Shown in pieces: positions 51,301-64,000 of a stretch of 64,000 nucleotides of DNA. The stretch lies in contig NC_058131.1 of the NCBI RefSeq assembly GCF_016433145.1, positions 269,055,307 through 269,119,306 of the forward strand, given 5' to 3'. The notes under the pieces were generated by a model. It saw nothing but the letters and a program-made list of their open reading frames with translations, was not told the origin of the DNA and did not search any database. The position numbers were made by a program, and so were the translations under genes. Source of the DNA: Gracilinanus agilis. Lineage: Eukaryota. Numbering within the stretch: position 1 is the stretch's first letter; each line of letters starts with the position of its first letter.

Positions 51301-54300
51301 GAGGTTTTATCTTAGGCATCACTTCCTTTTAAACAAACCTTGCTTCCTTTTTAGAGTATTTATGTGCCTGATTCTAGTTGTAAGGAGTGGATTTTTAACT
51401 TTATTGTGATAATTAGGGGGTTTGAGTCCAATTATGTTGTAATTCTTTGTCTTTTACCCATTTTTATGGTCTTGTAAGGGGAATTTTTATAAGGCATTTT
51501 CCATGGCATTATTAAGTACTCTTTTAAATAGGGTGTCCTATGTGGAACAATGCTTGAAAATGTGCACTTAACTTTTATGTATTCTTCTTATCATACTTAC
51601 TTGAAGAATTCAGAATTAGAGATAGATACCTGATTTTTACCCAACTTCAATCCTAGGTGAGACTTTTAGAACCAAAGTTTGACTTAATAAGTGATCAATT
51701 AAGGAGGAAAAGTAATTCTCATTTTTGTCTCTTAAAGATTATTTGTTAAAATCTGGCCTCAGATATTTCCTATATGTGCAACCCTGGTCAAGTTGCTTAC
51801 CCTCCATTGTTTAGCCCTTACTAATCTTCTGCCTTGGAACCAATACACAGTATTGATTCTAAGATGGAAGGTAAGGATTAAAGGGGGGAAAAAGATTATT
51901 TGCATCAATAGTAGACTATACCTATTGAGTTTTAAAAAAATTAGGAACAGAGTTGGATTTTTTTTAAAGGACAGCTTAATTGTTCTGTCCAGAAATAATA
52001 CTTCTAGATGATATGAACAGATTTGTTTACTTGAAGCCCAGCCTGTGGGTTGTAGATTAATGGTTCTGGAAGAACAGTGTGATGTAGTTGAAATATCAAT
52101 TAGCTAGAAGTCAGGAGATCTGTGTTCTGGTCTCAGTCCTGCCATTAATTAGCTATGTAGATCTTTGACAGATTACTTTCTCTTTGGGGGCTTCTCAATA
52201 TCTTTTATAAAATGAGGGAGTTCATCTAGAAAGACAGCAAACACACAGGCCAACTCAGACCAGATTATAATATAATTGAGTCTAGCCTCAGACATTTCCT
52301 AGCTTTGTGACCTTGAACAAAACTCTTGACTCTAGTTACCTTGACCTTACTACTCTTTTGCCTTGGAACCAATACTTGCTTTTTATAATTGGGAAAACAC
52401 AATATATAGTTAACATGTGGTTTTTTGAGTTAATATGTGCCTACAGGGATATTATATTCAGTCTCGTGGCCTCTGCTTCTCTTTGAGTTTGATCCTACTG
52501 CTTTATAGCACTAACTTTCTAGAAGTCTTAGTTTGAGTCCTTTCTTCTCCTCCGGCTATTGTGAGCATTGATAAAAAACTGAGTAATGCTTAAGGAAATG
52601 AATAGATTAACTGTTAGTTCTGTGTGGGAATATAAATTTATCACTTGTTTCTTTCAGTGATTTATCTATGATTCTGTGTGATCCCTTTGCGATTAATACC
52701 CTGTCCTTGAGCACCATAAGACATCTGCAAGAACTGGTGGGTCAGGAAACCTTACCCAGGGTAAGTGGCAGAAACTGATGAGGATATAACCTGATTTAAA
52801 CTTGCTCTTGTTATGAGAACCAAGCTAGCTGATAATGACTCAGGTTATGAGTTCTTGTTCAGCTAGTGGCAAATGCCAAAAGGGTATTTGGGAGAAGATG
52901 TTTTAAACATATATTTTGTATGACCACTCTAGTGGCTTAATAAAAACTTATGTATAAAAAGAAAAAATATTTGCAAGTTTCTCTGATAAAGGTCTCATTT
53001 CAAAGGTATCTAGGAAACTGATTCAAATTTAAAAGAATAAGAGCCATATGCCAATTGATAAATTGTCAAAAGATATAAACAAGCAGTTTTTAGAAGTTGA
53101 AATCTAGGCTGTCAAAAGCCTAAATGCTCTAATTACTAATAATTAAAGAATTGCAAATTAAAACAAGTTTGAGGTTCTGCTTCCCACCCATCAGATAGTC
53201 AAAGATGACCAGGAAAGGAAAATGACAAATGCTGGAGGCCCTGGGGGAAAATAGGTACATTAATTCACTCTTGGTAGATCTGTGAACTATTCTAGATAAC
53301 AATTCATAACTATGCCCAGAAAACTATTAAACTGTGCATATACCCTTTGATCTAACAATACTATTACTAGATCCATACCCTAAAGATAATAAAAAAGGAG
53401 GAAATTCAAAATCCTTACAGTGACTCTTTTTGTGGTATGATAGTAAAGAACTGGAAACTGAGGGTGTACCCGTCCATTAGAGAATTGTTGAACAAATTCT
53501 TGTATATAAATGTGATGTAAGAAATGATAGAAGACTTGTATGAACTTATGCAGAAGGAAGTGAGCAGAACCAATAGGACAGCTTATACTATACAATAATC
53601 TAAAAATTCATGACTTTTCGAAGACTCAGGAACTCTGATCCCCTACGGATCAGTCATAATTCCAGAGAACTCATGGTGAAACATGTTGCCTACCTCTTTG
53701 ACAGGATTTAGTATCGATTGAGTCATATATACTTTTGGATATGTCCAACCTGGGAATTTTGCTTGACAATATATACTTATTACAAGGGCTTGTTTTTCTT
53801 TCTCTTTCAAAAGAGGGCTAGTAGGAGAGAAAGAGGATTTTGTTTAATTTTTTAAAAAGGTAATTATAAAAAGAAAAGCTCTTGTAGAAGGAATAATTCA
53901 AATAACCAGTGTATATGAATAGAGGGTGAAGCTGACATTTTCAAAAATTGTACTGAACCTTTTTTTTCTTAGTATCATTACCACTTCCAAATGGTGCCTC
54001 CTGCCTCTAAGAGAACCCTCCTTTGTAACAAAGAATTATAGTTAAGCAAAACATGTCTGCATCATCACCTCTTTACGGAAAAATGAGGAATATGTTTCTC
54101 TGTCAGTCTTCTGAAGTCACTGCATTGATTAGAGTTTGCATGTCTTTCATAGTTATTTTTATATTGTGTAGTCAATAGAAGCTGTTTTCTTGGTTCTGTG
54201 AAGCTGATACTTTTAGCAATAATTGAAAATAATCTATATTCTTGTAAAACGCACTAGTTATAAAAAATAGAATGGGAGCAGTAAAAAAAATTTTTTTTCT

Positions 54301-57300
54301 AAATTTACAGGAAAGTCCTGATCTACTGTTACTGTTAAGAATGCTCTCCCTGGGACAGGGGGCTTGGGACATGATTGACAGTCAGGTCTTCAAGGAGCCA
54401 AAGATGGTAATTTATCTGAATTTAAAAGTTATCTTAATCTCTTTAGTTAGGGGAGGGGTGTGATAGAACACTGCTGGGATTTAGGAGACTTGGGTTCTAG
54501 GCCCAGCTCTGTCAAGGTATATGACCTAGAACAAGTCATTTCCCTTTTCTGAGACTCAGTTTCTTCATCTCTATGATGGCAGTGGAGAGGGTGGTCTTAG
54601 AATAGAATCACATGATCTCTAAGGACTCTTTTAGCTGTAGCATTTTGTGAGTCTAATTCTGTGACTAGCCTAACAACTGGACTCATGGTAGGATGTGGGA
54701 CAACTCTGCCTTTGGAAGTTGTTGATTTCTCTGTCTCAGAGGACCAAACTTAGGGTAATGGATTGAAGTTGCAGAAACAGACTTTGGCCCAATATAAGAA
54801 GCAAATTCCTAATTATTAGAATTATCCAAAAGTGGAATGAGTTACTTCCTGAAGGGAGTAAATTTCCCATCACTGACTGCTTTGTATGGATTCTGGCAGA
54901 CCACTTATAAAGTAGATTTCTATTTAAGTGTGGGTGGGGGTAGATGGCTGCTGCAGACCTTGCCATTACTCTTTGACTTGGTACTATGATTACCAGTGTC
55001 CAGGCCTTTATTTGTATAGTAAACTGTCTTGCTAAGGAATACAAAAGATAACTGCTAAATGGTTAATCCTTTGAACTACTTCATCAGGCAAAATCATTTT
55101 TTAAATTAACCCTTACCTTCCATTTTACTAAATAGCAGTTCCAAGGTTTGACTATCTATCCACTGAACCATCTAGCTAGTATTCTTAAAGTATATAGTTT
55201 CTAGTGCTATCAGTGAACATTCATGCTGAGGACAGCTTGATTTGAGGACTATTTGGAATTTTTGAAGCCCCCTGTATTAAAACACATTTCATCAAAAGAT
55301 AAGTCCTGATCCATTTGTTCTAAAATGAAAGTTACACTCCATCTCATTATCTTCTTGGCTTTTCTGTCAGGACAAGTAGAATTTGAGTGGGAATGACATA
55401 AGGGAAGGACTTTCTAGATAGGTAGTAGGGGATAAACAAGGCATTGGGTGGGAAACTAGCCTGAGTAGATGATCTGTGTTTGGGAAAGGGAGGAAAAAGG
55501 GGAGGAAAGGAAAACATTTGGGGAAAAAAGGACTGAATAGGATTATGGAAGGCCTTCAGTGGCTGGATGGAGAGTTTGTACTTGAATGAGATTTTGTTAT
55601 ATATCACTTGAAAAGGACCTTTTAATTGAAACCTTTTCCTTTCCTCTCCAGGAAGCAGAGCTGATCACTAGGTTTTTGCCAATGCTTATGTCTTTTGTGG
55701 TGGATGATTATACTTTCAATGTAGATCAGAAACTACCAACAGAAGAGAAGGCACCAGTCACATACCCTAATACCCTTCCTGAAAACTTTACCAAGTATGT
55801 CAACAATGTTGAAAAGAACATCTGTACAAAATAATGTAAAGTCTTAGAAAATGAATCTTATAGTAGTCCATCCTTTAAGCCATTGTAAAAAAAATTCAGC
55901 CTTTTAAAAATATACTTAAAGATAAGAGGGGGGAAATAGTTATTTTTTTTTTTTGTGGTTCTAGATGGAACATATTATAATGATTAAATTCTCTAGTCCT
56001 AAAGATTTACCATTGCTGTTAATTCAGAGAATCTTGTCAGAAATCACAGAAATATAATCTCTGTAACCAATAATAATATACTATGTTATGGGTGTAATAA
56101 AATATGATGGTTCATTGAGTACCATCGTGGACAGATGAGCAAAGGTATTGTATTGCTATATTGATATGCTCTCTTGGTTGGTATCAGATTCTTGCAGGAG
56201 CATAGGATGGCCTGTGAAATGGGGCTTTATTATGTCCTTCACATAACAAAGCAAAGGAATAAAAATGCTTTTCTCCGACTTCTGCCTGGATTAGGTGAGT
56301 CTTGTCTCCTTCACTTTTTTTTATCAAAATGTTATGGATGAGGACAAAAAGGGATTTGGATTAGAGATTGGTGTCAAAGGGCCCTAATGTAAGGTACATT
56401 ATAGGACAGAGAATAGCATATTACAAAGAACAAGCGACTCTCATATTGGTGTAGGGGAAAGAGAACTGTGAACTTGGAATCAGAAAACCCCTAACGTTTG
56501 CTAATAAGAACACAGGGTCTCAGTTTCCAAATCTGAAAAATGATAATGATGATGATACCTGTAGTACTTTCCTTATCCAGTTCTTTTGAGGATCAGATGA
56601 GATAATATATGTAAACTGCTCTGTAAACGATAAAGCACAAATAAACATCAGTTCATATATATTTTTTTAAATCCTTACCTTCTTTCTTAGTAACAGTTCT
56701 AATACAGAAGAATGACAATGACTAGGCAATGGGGATCAAGTGACTTGCCCAGGGTCACACAGCTAGGAAGTGTCTGAGGCCACATTTGAACTTGGGACCT
56801 CTTGTCTCCAGTCCTGGCTCTCAATCCACCATGCCACCTAATTGCCTCAGTTAATATTATAAGATAGGACTTTCCTCACAACAACCTTGTAATATTAACA
56901 ATATAAAGGTAATATCATCTCCTATTTTATGTAAGATTGAAGCAGCCTCAGAGAGGTTGTGACTTGCCCAAGGTTATATAATAGTAAGTAGTAGAACCAG
57001 GACTTGAAATCATCTCTTTTAATTAAGTTCAGTGCTCTTTCCACTCTATTCTTTTGTGGAAAAAAGTCTCAAGGAGAGAAGAGTATGAGGCCTTGATTCC
57101 TAGCAGCAGGTGCAAAGTTGTTCTTAGGGTTGAGCTTGGTTTTTGGTTTGTGGAGTCACAAGGAATGAGGGAAGAGAATCTATTCTACAGACTTTTGGCA
57201 CTGGTGTCAGAAATTGCAGGTACTCTTGACTCTGTGGTGCCGGCTTTTCAACACAAGGCAAGGCAGCAGGCATTTATCTTCTTGCCAAACGCTCCTGACA

Positions 57301-59783
57301 CTAATAAAAGCAAAAAGAAAGATAGTCTAATGAGGGGAGAGAGCACACCAAATGTAGCTGAAAGAGGGATAGGGTCCAGGTTGGTGTAGAAGTCTAGGAA
57401 GTCCGAAGCAGGAACAGAAGGAAATGAAGATTAGCCAGCCTAAAAACTTGTGGGCAGGTGAATCTTCTAGGTGAGAAGGCCACAGGAGTAGATGGATATA
57501 TTTTAGGAAGTCTCAGGCATTGAGGGAAGTTCCAGAGTGAGACTGAAGTTGAGGCACATTTCAAAGTCTGGAATGTCAGAAGCAGAGCCAGGAGGGGAAG
57601 AAAAAGTAACTCACAATAACTTTAAAGCCTTTTTCTAGAGTGGAAGTGGTGGGGGAAAGGATTATAAGTAGATACTGTGCAACCTAGACAACTTTCCTCT
57701 TGTTTCAGAATAATTATTAAGAATTAGTCTCCTCAGGGGGCAGCTGGGTAGCTCAGTGGAATGAGAGTCAGGCCTAGAGATGGGAGGTCCTAGGTTCAAA
57801 CCTGGCCTCAGCCACTTCTTAGCTGTGTGACCCTGGGCAAGTCACTTGACCCCCATTGCCTACCCTTACCACTCTTCTGCCTTGGAGCCAATACACAGTA
57901 TTGACTCCAAGATGGAAGGTAAAGGTTTAAAAAAAAAAAAAAGAATTAGTCTCCTCATACATATTTTTGGACTTGGCCAATATAGGTATTTGTTTTGCTT
58001 GACTTTACATATTTATTATAAAGGTTTTCTTCTTTCATGGGGAGGGGTATTATTGGAATAGGAGAATGATTAATGCTAAGAAGGGTTGTGAAAAAACAAA
58101 GACAGAAAAGAGGCTTACTGTAGCAGTTTGTTTGTTTTTTTAAACTCTTACCTTCTGTCTTAGAATCAATACTGTGTATTGGTTCCAAGGCAAAAGAGTG
58201 GTAAGGACTAGGCAATGGGGGTTAAGTGACTTGCCCAGGGTCACACAGCTAGGAAGTGTCCAAGGCTAGGTTTGAACCTAGGACCTCCCGTCTCTAGGCC
58301 TGACTCTCAATCCACTCAGCTACCCAGCTGCCCCTGAAATTCTGTTTTTTTTTTTTAACGAATAGAAGGAAATAGACTAAAAAGACACCTTCAAAAATTA
58401 TGTGTTAAATTTATTATTTACTTAAAAGGAAAAGTAAACTATACATACTAGAGATTGTCAATGTCATGTATAACCCTCCTTTTCTGTTCTACTTTACATG
58501 CAGAAGTGTTTATTTTATCTGATGTTTGTTAAGTTCATAATTTTAAAAACAAAATTTATTTTTTATAGAAATTGATTTCTTGAAGACACTGGTTAGTTAA
58601 CCCTCCATTACTATTGCAGTGGAGACATTTGGAGACCTGGCCTTCAGTGATATATTCCTTCACCTGCTTACTGGGAACCTTACTCTGCTGGCAGATGAAT
58701 TTGCTGTGGAAGAATTCTGTACCAGTCTATTTGATGGATTCTTCCTCACTTGCCTTTCAAGGTACTTACTTGCAGAGGTGTCTATATAAAACATTTCCCA
58801 AACAAGCTCATGTTGTATTGCCTCCTTTTCAGGATCACTTGGATCATTTGTTATAATTCTGACTGGTTTTAACTTGGTCAGTTGAATATTGTTTATCTAA
58901 AATGGACTATGTGGGAATCTCTTCTAGGATAGCACTTTTCTTAAGGTATTAGATTAGAAAGCATTAGTCTAGCCAGTCTTGTTGAAACATGCCCTTCATG
59001 AGAGACTCTCCTGTATTTGCTGGAGCAAGAGATTTCTGAATAGAGAAAGGTGCTAGAGTCGGAAGAGGCCCCTGTGTTAGGTAGCACAAATTTTACTTCC
59101 ATTCTTCATTTTCCTGAAAAGCTAGTCAATCTGCCTTCACTTTCTTGGATCCCTGCCTAGTTCAGCCACCTATTCCATCCTGTGGGAAGGAAAATGATAC
59201 TTGGTTCTTTTTTATCTAGAAAGGAAAATGTACACCGCCATGTTCTCAGGCTCCTGATTCACCTTCATCACAAAGTGGCCCCTACTAAATTGGAGTCCCT
59301 CCAAAAGACTTTGGAACCTTCCAGTCAGGTGAGCTTGTTGGTTAGCCCTTTGTCAATTATGTTTTTAAAAGCCAGAAGAAAAGTGCTTTTAGACCTGAAA
59401 TCCAAATCCTGTCCCCAGGCTCCTGCTAAGCAGAGAAAAGTCTGCTGTATTTAGATAGCAGCTTCTGAAGTGTAATTACTTTCAGGTTTTAATTATATCT
59501 TAAACACATCTCAGTAGGCTGTGTTAAAACACTTGGGTAATAATAAGACTTAGTGTTTTTGGTGGTATCAACCTAAAAACAAAAGTATGACTTCCATCTT
59601 CTCTTGCTTTTTTTTTTTTTTTTTTTTTTTGTGCAGAGTGGGGAGGCTGTGAAGGATCTTTACAATCAGCTTGGAGAGAAACTGGAACACCTGGAACATT
59701 GTAAACCCAGTCCAGCCCAAGTGGTGGAAGCTCCTGCTTTAGAGCTTCCTCTTTCTGCTGTCCCAACCCCCGCAGCACTTTGA
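39141..59783 (+). CDS. NELFB: Negative elongation factor B (COBRA1), 580 aa from AUG
   Basis: 13 exons: 39141-39242, 41930-42093, 42626-42725, 43489-43719, 47792-47977, 50881-50993, 52658-52760, 54311-54406, 55652-55794, 56188-56294, 58620-58761, 59220-59328, 59637-59783 (1743 nt), all GT-AG with compatible phases; MFAGLQDLGVANGEDLKETLTNCTEPLKAIEQFQTENG...AVPTPAAL. Confidence 0.96.
39370..39930 (-). mobile_element. CR1/L3 LINE fragment
   Basis: Resembles antisense CR1 3' ORF2/UTR; by eye. Confidence 0.4.
39990..40500 (+). mobile_element. CR1/L3 LINE ORF2 fragment
   Basis: ttcaaatcaccaggcctaaatggagtaca...gaacaaatatcctatttttaaaaa is a degraded FKSPGPDGIH...ANVPIFKK CR1 motif. Confidence 0.55.
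40808..40995 (-). mobile_element. Older CORE-SINE (SINE1_Mdo-like)
   Basis: Antisense tail and core. Confidence 0.65.
42950..43130 (+). mobile_element. SINE1_Mdo-like CORE-SINE
   Basis: Core and tail; TSD aaaag(c/t)aatgagg. Confidence 0.8.
46040..47020 (-). mobile_element. LINE-1 3' fragment containing a nested MITE
   Basis: Antisense L1 ORF2 end (ccagaatggttgtatgaattcacaactccaccag) and 3' UTR. Confidence 0.8.
46218..46409. mobile_element. hAT-type MITE, 192 bp
   Basis: TIRs cagtggttcccaaa / tttgggaatcactg; near-perfect 8-bp TSD gttta(a)gag / gtttagag. Confidence 0.8.
47126..47236. mobile_element. Degenerate short hAT-type MITE
   Basis: cagtggtgttaaactca ... tgagtttgacac TIR-like ends; TSD poor. 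Confidence 0.4.
48178..48390 (-). mobile_element. Young SINE1_Mdo-like SINE
   Basis: TSD agactattggacttt; (TTTA)n tail. Confidence 0.88.
48700..48890 (-). mobile_element. SINE1_Mdo-like SINE
   Basis: TSD agaattctgttcatttta. Confidence 0.85.
48993..49200 (+). mobile_element. SINE1_Mdo-like SINE
   Basis: TSD agaaatgagt; polyA tail. Confidence 0.85.
49725..49910 (-). mobile_element. Young SINE1_Mdo-like SINE
   Basis: Shares the diagnostic tail (gagacaatacaccgaagtacaaggg) with the copy at 27181. Confidence 0.88.
52920..53870 (+). mobile_element. LINE-1 3' fragment
   Basis: gaattgcaaattaaaacaag...cccacccatcagatag ORF2-end motifs and 3' UTR. Confidence 0.75.
56662..56845 (-). mobile_element. 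SINE1_Mdo-like SINE
   Basis: Antisense core gtgacttgcccagggtcacacagctagg. Confidence 0.8.
57736..57940 (+). mobile_element. Young SINE1_Mdo-like SINE
   Basis: Perfect 17-bp TSD aagaattagtctcctca. Confidence 0.9.
58128..58334 (-). mobile_element. SINE1_Mdo-like SINE
   Basis: Full-length antisense copy about 190 bp from the sense copy. Confidence 0.88.
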
Positions 59784-60660
59784 GGTGCTTTGATCCTGGG
59801 CTAGTTCGTGGTTAGGGTGCCTGATGACATCTAGCTTTCCATAGCCCTTAAGGGTTGGGGGATTGTTTGTCATCCACACTGTGAAGAATCTCCTAAGGAC
59901 TGACTTTACATTGAATGCTGAAGTTTTGTTAGTGTTACAAAATCTGTGCAGTTAACAGATCCTAGCTTCATCAAGACCAGTGGTAAGGGTCTGAAGATAG
60001 TGTGTACCTGCCCATGGTTTATCCAAGAGGTTTCCTCCTCATTAGGGAATGACTTTAAATCAGGAAGAGAAGAATAGCTCAACTCTCTTAACCTGAGTTA
60101 TTCAGAGAGGTCATGGTGGGTTCAGTGGAGTGCTGGGTGAGTGTCCAGAATGAAAAAACAAAATGGCACAGGCTCTCCAAGAACCTTGGCTAGATAAGAA
60201 CTGAATAATCCTGTAGTCCAGGCTTGGAAGATTGGAATCATTGGTTTAGAATTCTATTCATTGTTCCATCTCTGGCCTGCTATGTAACCTTTATAAAGGC
60301 AACCTCTGTGCCTTAGTTTCTCCATCTGTGAGATGAAGATGATAATGCTTGCCCCTTTAGAACTAGGTAATTCTTTAGTGACTGATAGATATAGAGAGTT
60401 TTTTTTAAACTGCTTTTTTTTTTTTTTTTTTTTTTTAAATCCTGGGGAGGCCTCTGAGGTCAGGAGGAAAGTATGTTGAGGATTTCTTCCCCCAGCCCAC
60501 CCTAGTCTTATTGTTGCTGCTGGATTCCTTGAATTGGATCATAGGACCAGAAGATACTTCCATTTTTCACTCTCTGTCAGACCTCTTTAGACCTCGGCCT
60601 TGATGTTGTTTTATACCTTCCGTCTCAGAAAAGGGTTTTGTTATTTGCGGGGTTTTTTTT

Positions 60661-60945
60661 GAGACTTGGTCTCTCTGTCTCACCCAGGCTGTAATTCCAG
60701 CAGCCACTCACAGACCTGACCTTGCTGCTGATGGAAAGGAAGTTTTGATCTGCTATTTCCAACCTGGGCTGGTTCACCGCTCCTCAGGCAGCCATGTGGC
60801 TCTCTCCTTCCACGGACTTATCATTTCAGTGCCAGGCTTAGTGCAGATACCCATCTTCCTGCAGCTCAGAACTCTGGAACTCAAGTGATCCATCAGCCTC
60901 AGCCTCCCCAATAGGTGGAAATATGGGTGTGCCATAATACCCAGC
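60661..60945 (-). pseudogene. Near full-length 7SL (SRP RNA)-derived retrocopy in the NELFB 3' UTR
   Basis: Reverse complement aligns end to end with 7SL: gctggg...gggaggctgaggctgatggatcacttgag...gcctgaggagcggtgaaccagcccaggttggaaa...cagcctgggtgagacagagagaccaagtctc plus A-tail; degenerate TSD aaaac(..)ttctgaga. Confidence 0.85.
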
Positions 60946-61036
60946 CTCTCAGAAGTTTTATGTGTTTTCTTACATTCTTAAATTACTTGGAAAACTTCTT
61001 GGTTCTTGTTTTGCTTTGTTGGTTTTTTATTACTGT

Positions 61037-61042
61037 AATAAA
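61037..61042 (+). terminator. Probable NELFB polyadenylation signal
   Basis: First AATAAA I found after the stop, followed by a GU/U-rich tract at about 61075-61090. Confidence 0.65.
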
Positions 61043-63019
61043 GGTGGAAGAACAGTAGTTATTAGTGAAAAGTCAGTTTTTGTTTTAAGCAAGAAGAGAA
61101 CCAACCACGGGTTCACCTGGTGATCTCCATCTTGGAGGCATCAGAATTGAGCCTTGGCCACCTCCATTAATGAAAGAGGAATTAGGTACATAGGCCTCAT
61201 TAAAAGGACTTCACTGAGAAGTGTAAGCTGCCTCCTGAATCTCCAGGTCGGCAACTGTGGGACATGACAAAGGAATGGGACTATTTCAGTCTGATTCATA
61301 AAATCAATGAGGGCTTCTGAATTCACAGTATAGTCAAACCACATTAGTTGGGGGGAGGGAGTAGAGAGGGGGCAATATGCCTTGAATTAGTGAACATCCA
61401 AATTATACCTACTGTCAAAGCAATAACCTGATACTTTCCAGTGCTAAATTTTGAGGTATTGTTAAGTAGAATTACTGAGATGATCATTAGGAAATTATTT
61501 ACATAAAAATGAGTGCTTCTGAAATAATTGAAAACAATTTGTTCTTGGCTAAATCAGTCACCTCTCTCTGTCCCTACCAAACAAATTTTTTTACCCCAAT
61601 AATTTGCTCAGCAAGTTCTTCACAAGTTGTACAAATCTATGTAAAATAGACTTCATTTCAGGCCCAGCCATCCCAGACTGAAAAGTACTAAGGCCCAAAC
61701 GATTGAAGTTATGTGCTTGTCAGCCTCCACAGTCACGACAGCGATTCTGCTGCTAGCTGTATCTCTAAAAACAGCCTCACCCAAAGCTTCTTACCAGGCC
61801 TTTGTGTAAAGAAAAGCCGAGCATCTCAGTGCCTGTGCCAGGGGCTCTTGTGTAGCTGATAGGGCCCCTGTGGCCACAGGGTGCGTCAGAGGGGCCATAG
61901 CAGAGAGACGGTGAGTAGAGGGGCTGTCCCCAGAGAAGGGGTAGGACAGTGACGGTGCTAGGCAGAGTTCTCTGATGTGGGCTCTGAGGAGACAGGGCAG
62001 GGCTACAGAGTGTGGTTTGGCTGTTTCGGGATGTTGGGCATTCCCAGCAGCAGCCACTCTGCCCCTCTCACTTTTCAGATTCAGAAGCCCCCAAAACCTC
62101 TCAGTTTTAGGCCTTATTATCTTGGCTCCTGCCTAGAGGAGCTCTCCTCTAGCATTATGGATGCTCTGCAGCCACTCTTTTTTTTTTTTAACTCTTACTC
62201 TCTGTCTTAGAATTGATATTAAGTGCTACTTCTGAGAAGATCAACAGGACTAGGCAATTGGGGCTGGCTTTGTGGTGAGCACTATACAATCCCACACTGC
62301 CTCTAGAGTTCCAAATACATAAGATAAAAGTTGAAATGCTCATTCTCTCACAGTTGTGTAAATGGACATTGATAGGACATTGATTTTGATCTTAAAACTA
62401 TATTACTTTATAGATTCTGTTTTGCCCAGGTGCCTGCTGTTTGTAAATAAGGGCTTCTCCTAATGTTCTTTGGACATCTTGTACAGAGCCATTTCTCTGA
62501 GGGGAAAATTAAATAATTTGAATTTTTTCATTCATGGAGATAACCCAAAGAAAATGTTTTTCTTAGGCTAAATAATCACATCAGACAGGAAAGCCAGATG
62601 GTTTGAGGGAAAGAAGACTGGACCAGTTTCTAGGTGACTTGCAAGTTCTGGGCCTGTTCCTACTTCTCTGTGTGATCTTTAGTCATATCCCTCTAGTGCT
62701 CTGGCCTCAGTTTCCTTTGCTATAAAATGAAGTTGGACTGGGTGATTTTGAAGAGCCTATCCAGCGTGAACATTTTATGACTCCCAAGAGTTTGAGCTGG
62801 AGAACTTGACTATGGAAAGCAGAAATTAAAAAGAAAAATAAGCCTACCCCTGGACAGCACTGTAGCTTGCATCTTGTAGTTAATGCTGTCGTGTAAACCA
62901 TTTCAAATTTGTTTGTGTAAGTACACAAGTGCTGGTATGTGCATATGTGTGAAGTCTTTCTTGGCTGCTGCACTGACTAATAGTTACCTCCAGACTACCT
63001 GGATCTACATTATTCTTTT

Positions 63020-63186
63020 TTAAAACTTTTGCCTTCTGCCTCAGTATCAGTTCTAAGGCAGAAGAGCATCAAGAACTAGGCATTTGGGATTAGTGACTTG
63101 CTCAGGGTTAAATAGCTAGAAAGTCTGAGACAAGACTTGAATCCAAGTCCTCTTCACTCCAGGCCACCATGCTACTTAGCTGCCCC
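63020..63186 (-). mobile_element. CORE-SINE (SINE1_Mdo-like, older)
   Basis: Antisense tail and core. Confidence 0.65.
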
Positions 63187-63554
63187 TCGTATATTTTATT
63201 TTTCAAGAAAGCTGAAGATTCTAATTCCTAAGATCTTAAGAAGGCAAATGTTCAGAGGGATGGCTCTCAATGGCTCATGGCTCAAATGGCTATGGAAAAA
63301 AATTTTTTTTGTGAACATTAAAGATAATTCACTTTTTAAATTAAAATTGCTTTTAATTTTTAAAAATGCTTTTGTTGAAAAAAGACAGCATATAAAAAAA
63401 AATCCAGTCTTCACCCTACTTTGGTTTGAACAAATTGTACACTGCCATCCAATATAGATAGTCAGGCTGCCTCCTAAGGAGGGGAGCACCTATTATTAGA
63501 AATTATTTGGCCAAAGTCTGAATTCCTATTTCACCAGACATTAAAGCTAGCTAA

Positions 63555-63735
63555 CTTTTTTCCCCCTAACCCTCACCTTCTAACTTAGAATCAATACTGT
63601 GTATTGGTCTGGAGGCAGAAGATTAAGGGCAAGGCCATGGGGTAACTTGCTCAGGGTCACACAGCTAGGAAGTGTCTGAGGCCAGGTTTGAACCCAGGAC
63701 TTTCCATCTCTGGACCTGGTTCTCCACTGAGCCCC
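63555..63735 (-). mobile_element. CORE-SINE (SINE1_Mdo-like)
   Basis: Antisense tail cctcaccttctaacttagaatcaatactgtgtattgg and core. Confidence 0.75.
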
Positions 63736-64000
63736 TCTTAACTATTAAGTCAGATGTCGTCTGGACATAGCATGCTTTCTGGTTGGGAAACTTGACTGAG
63801 GATTCCTACATCCAAGGAGGAAGGAGCCCGGGCTGAGGAGTCCTGTGTGACTGGATGCTGCTAGTTGGATTTCTCTTAAATGTCATAATAGAGGCTGCAT
63901 GAGTGACAGAAGCTTGTCCTAGTCCTGGATGGTAGAGAGCATGTGGCTGATTGGCAAATTGCCAGGATTCTGTCCATGGGAGGTTCTTCACTCTAGAAGA

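Noticed and set aside
61100-64000. Expected next syntenic gene TOR4A
   Set aside because: No torsin-like coding sequence seen; presumably beyond the window

Overview
Eukaryotic, intron-rich marsupial genomic DNA. An opossum-like origin is inferred from abundant SINE1_Mdo-type CORE-SINEs. The window holds the syntenic block known from human 9q34.3. Four genes can be fully reconstructed by eye, all with GT-AG introns and consistent phases: TUBB4B (+, 4 exons, 445 aa), FAM166A/CIMIP2A (-, 7 exons, 325 aa), STPG3 (+, 7 exons, about 295 aa) and NELFB (+, 13 exons, 580 aa from the AUG, plus an open upstream in-frame CUG extension). The rest is repeat-rich: about 25 SINEs, L1/L2/CR1 fragments, three solo LTRs, hAT MITEs and two 7SL-derived retrocopies. 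Highlights: (1) a tail-to-tail TUBB4B/FAM166A overlap in which FAM166A codons occupy the TUBB4B cleavage/downstream element; (2) RFX X-boxes in front of both head-to-head sperm-tail genes; (3) an expanded non-AUG N-terminal extension of NELFB; (4) an inverted solo-LTR pair with independent TSDs, next to a 7SL-derived splice donor; (5) an unexplained diverged direct repeat with a codon-like substitution pattern. No searches or computations were run, so repeat family names and boundaries are approximate.
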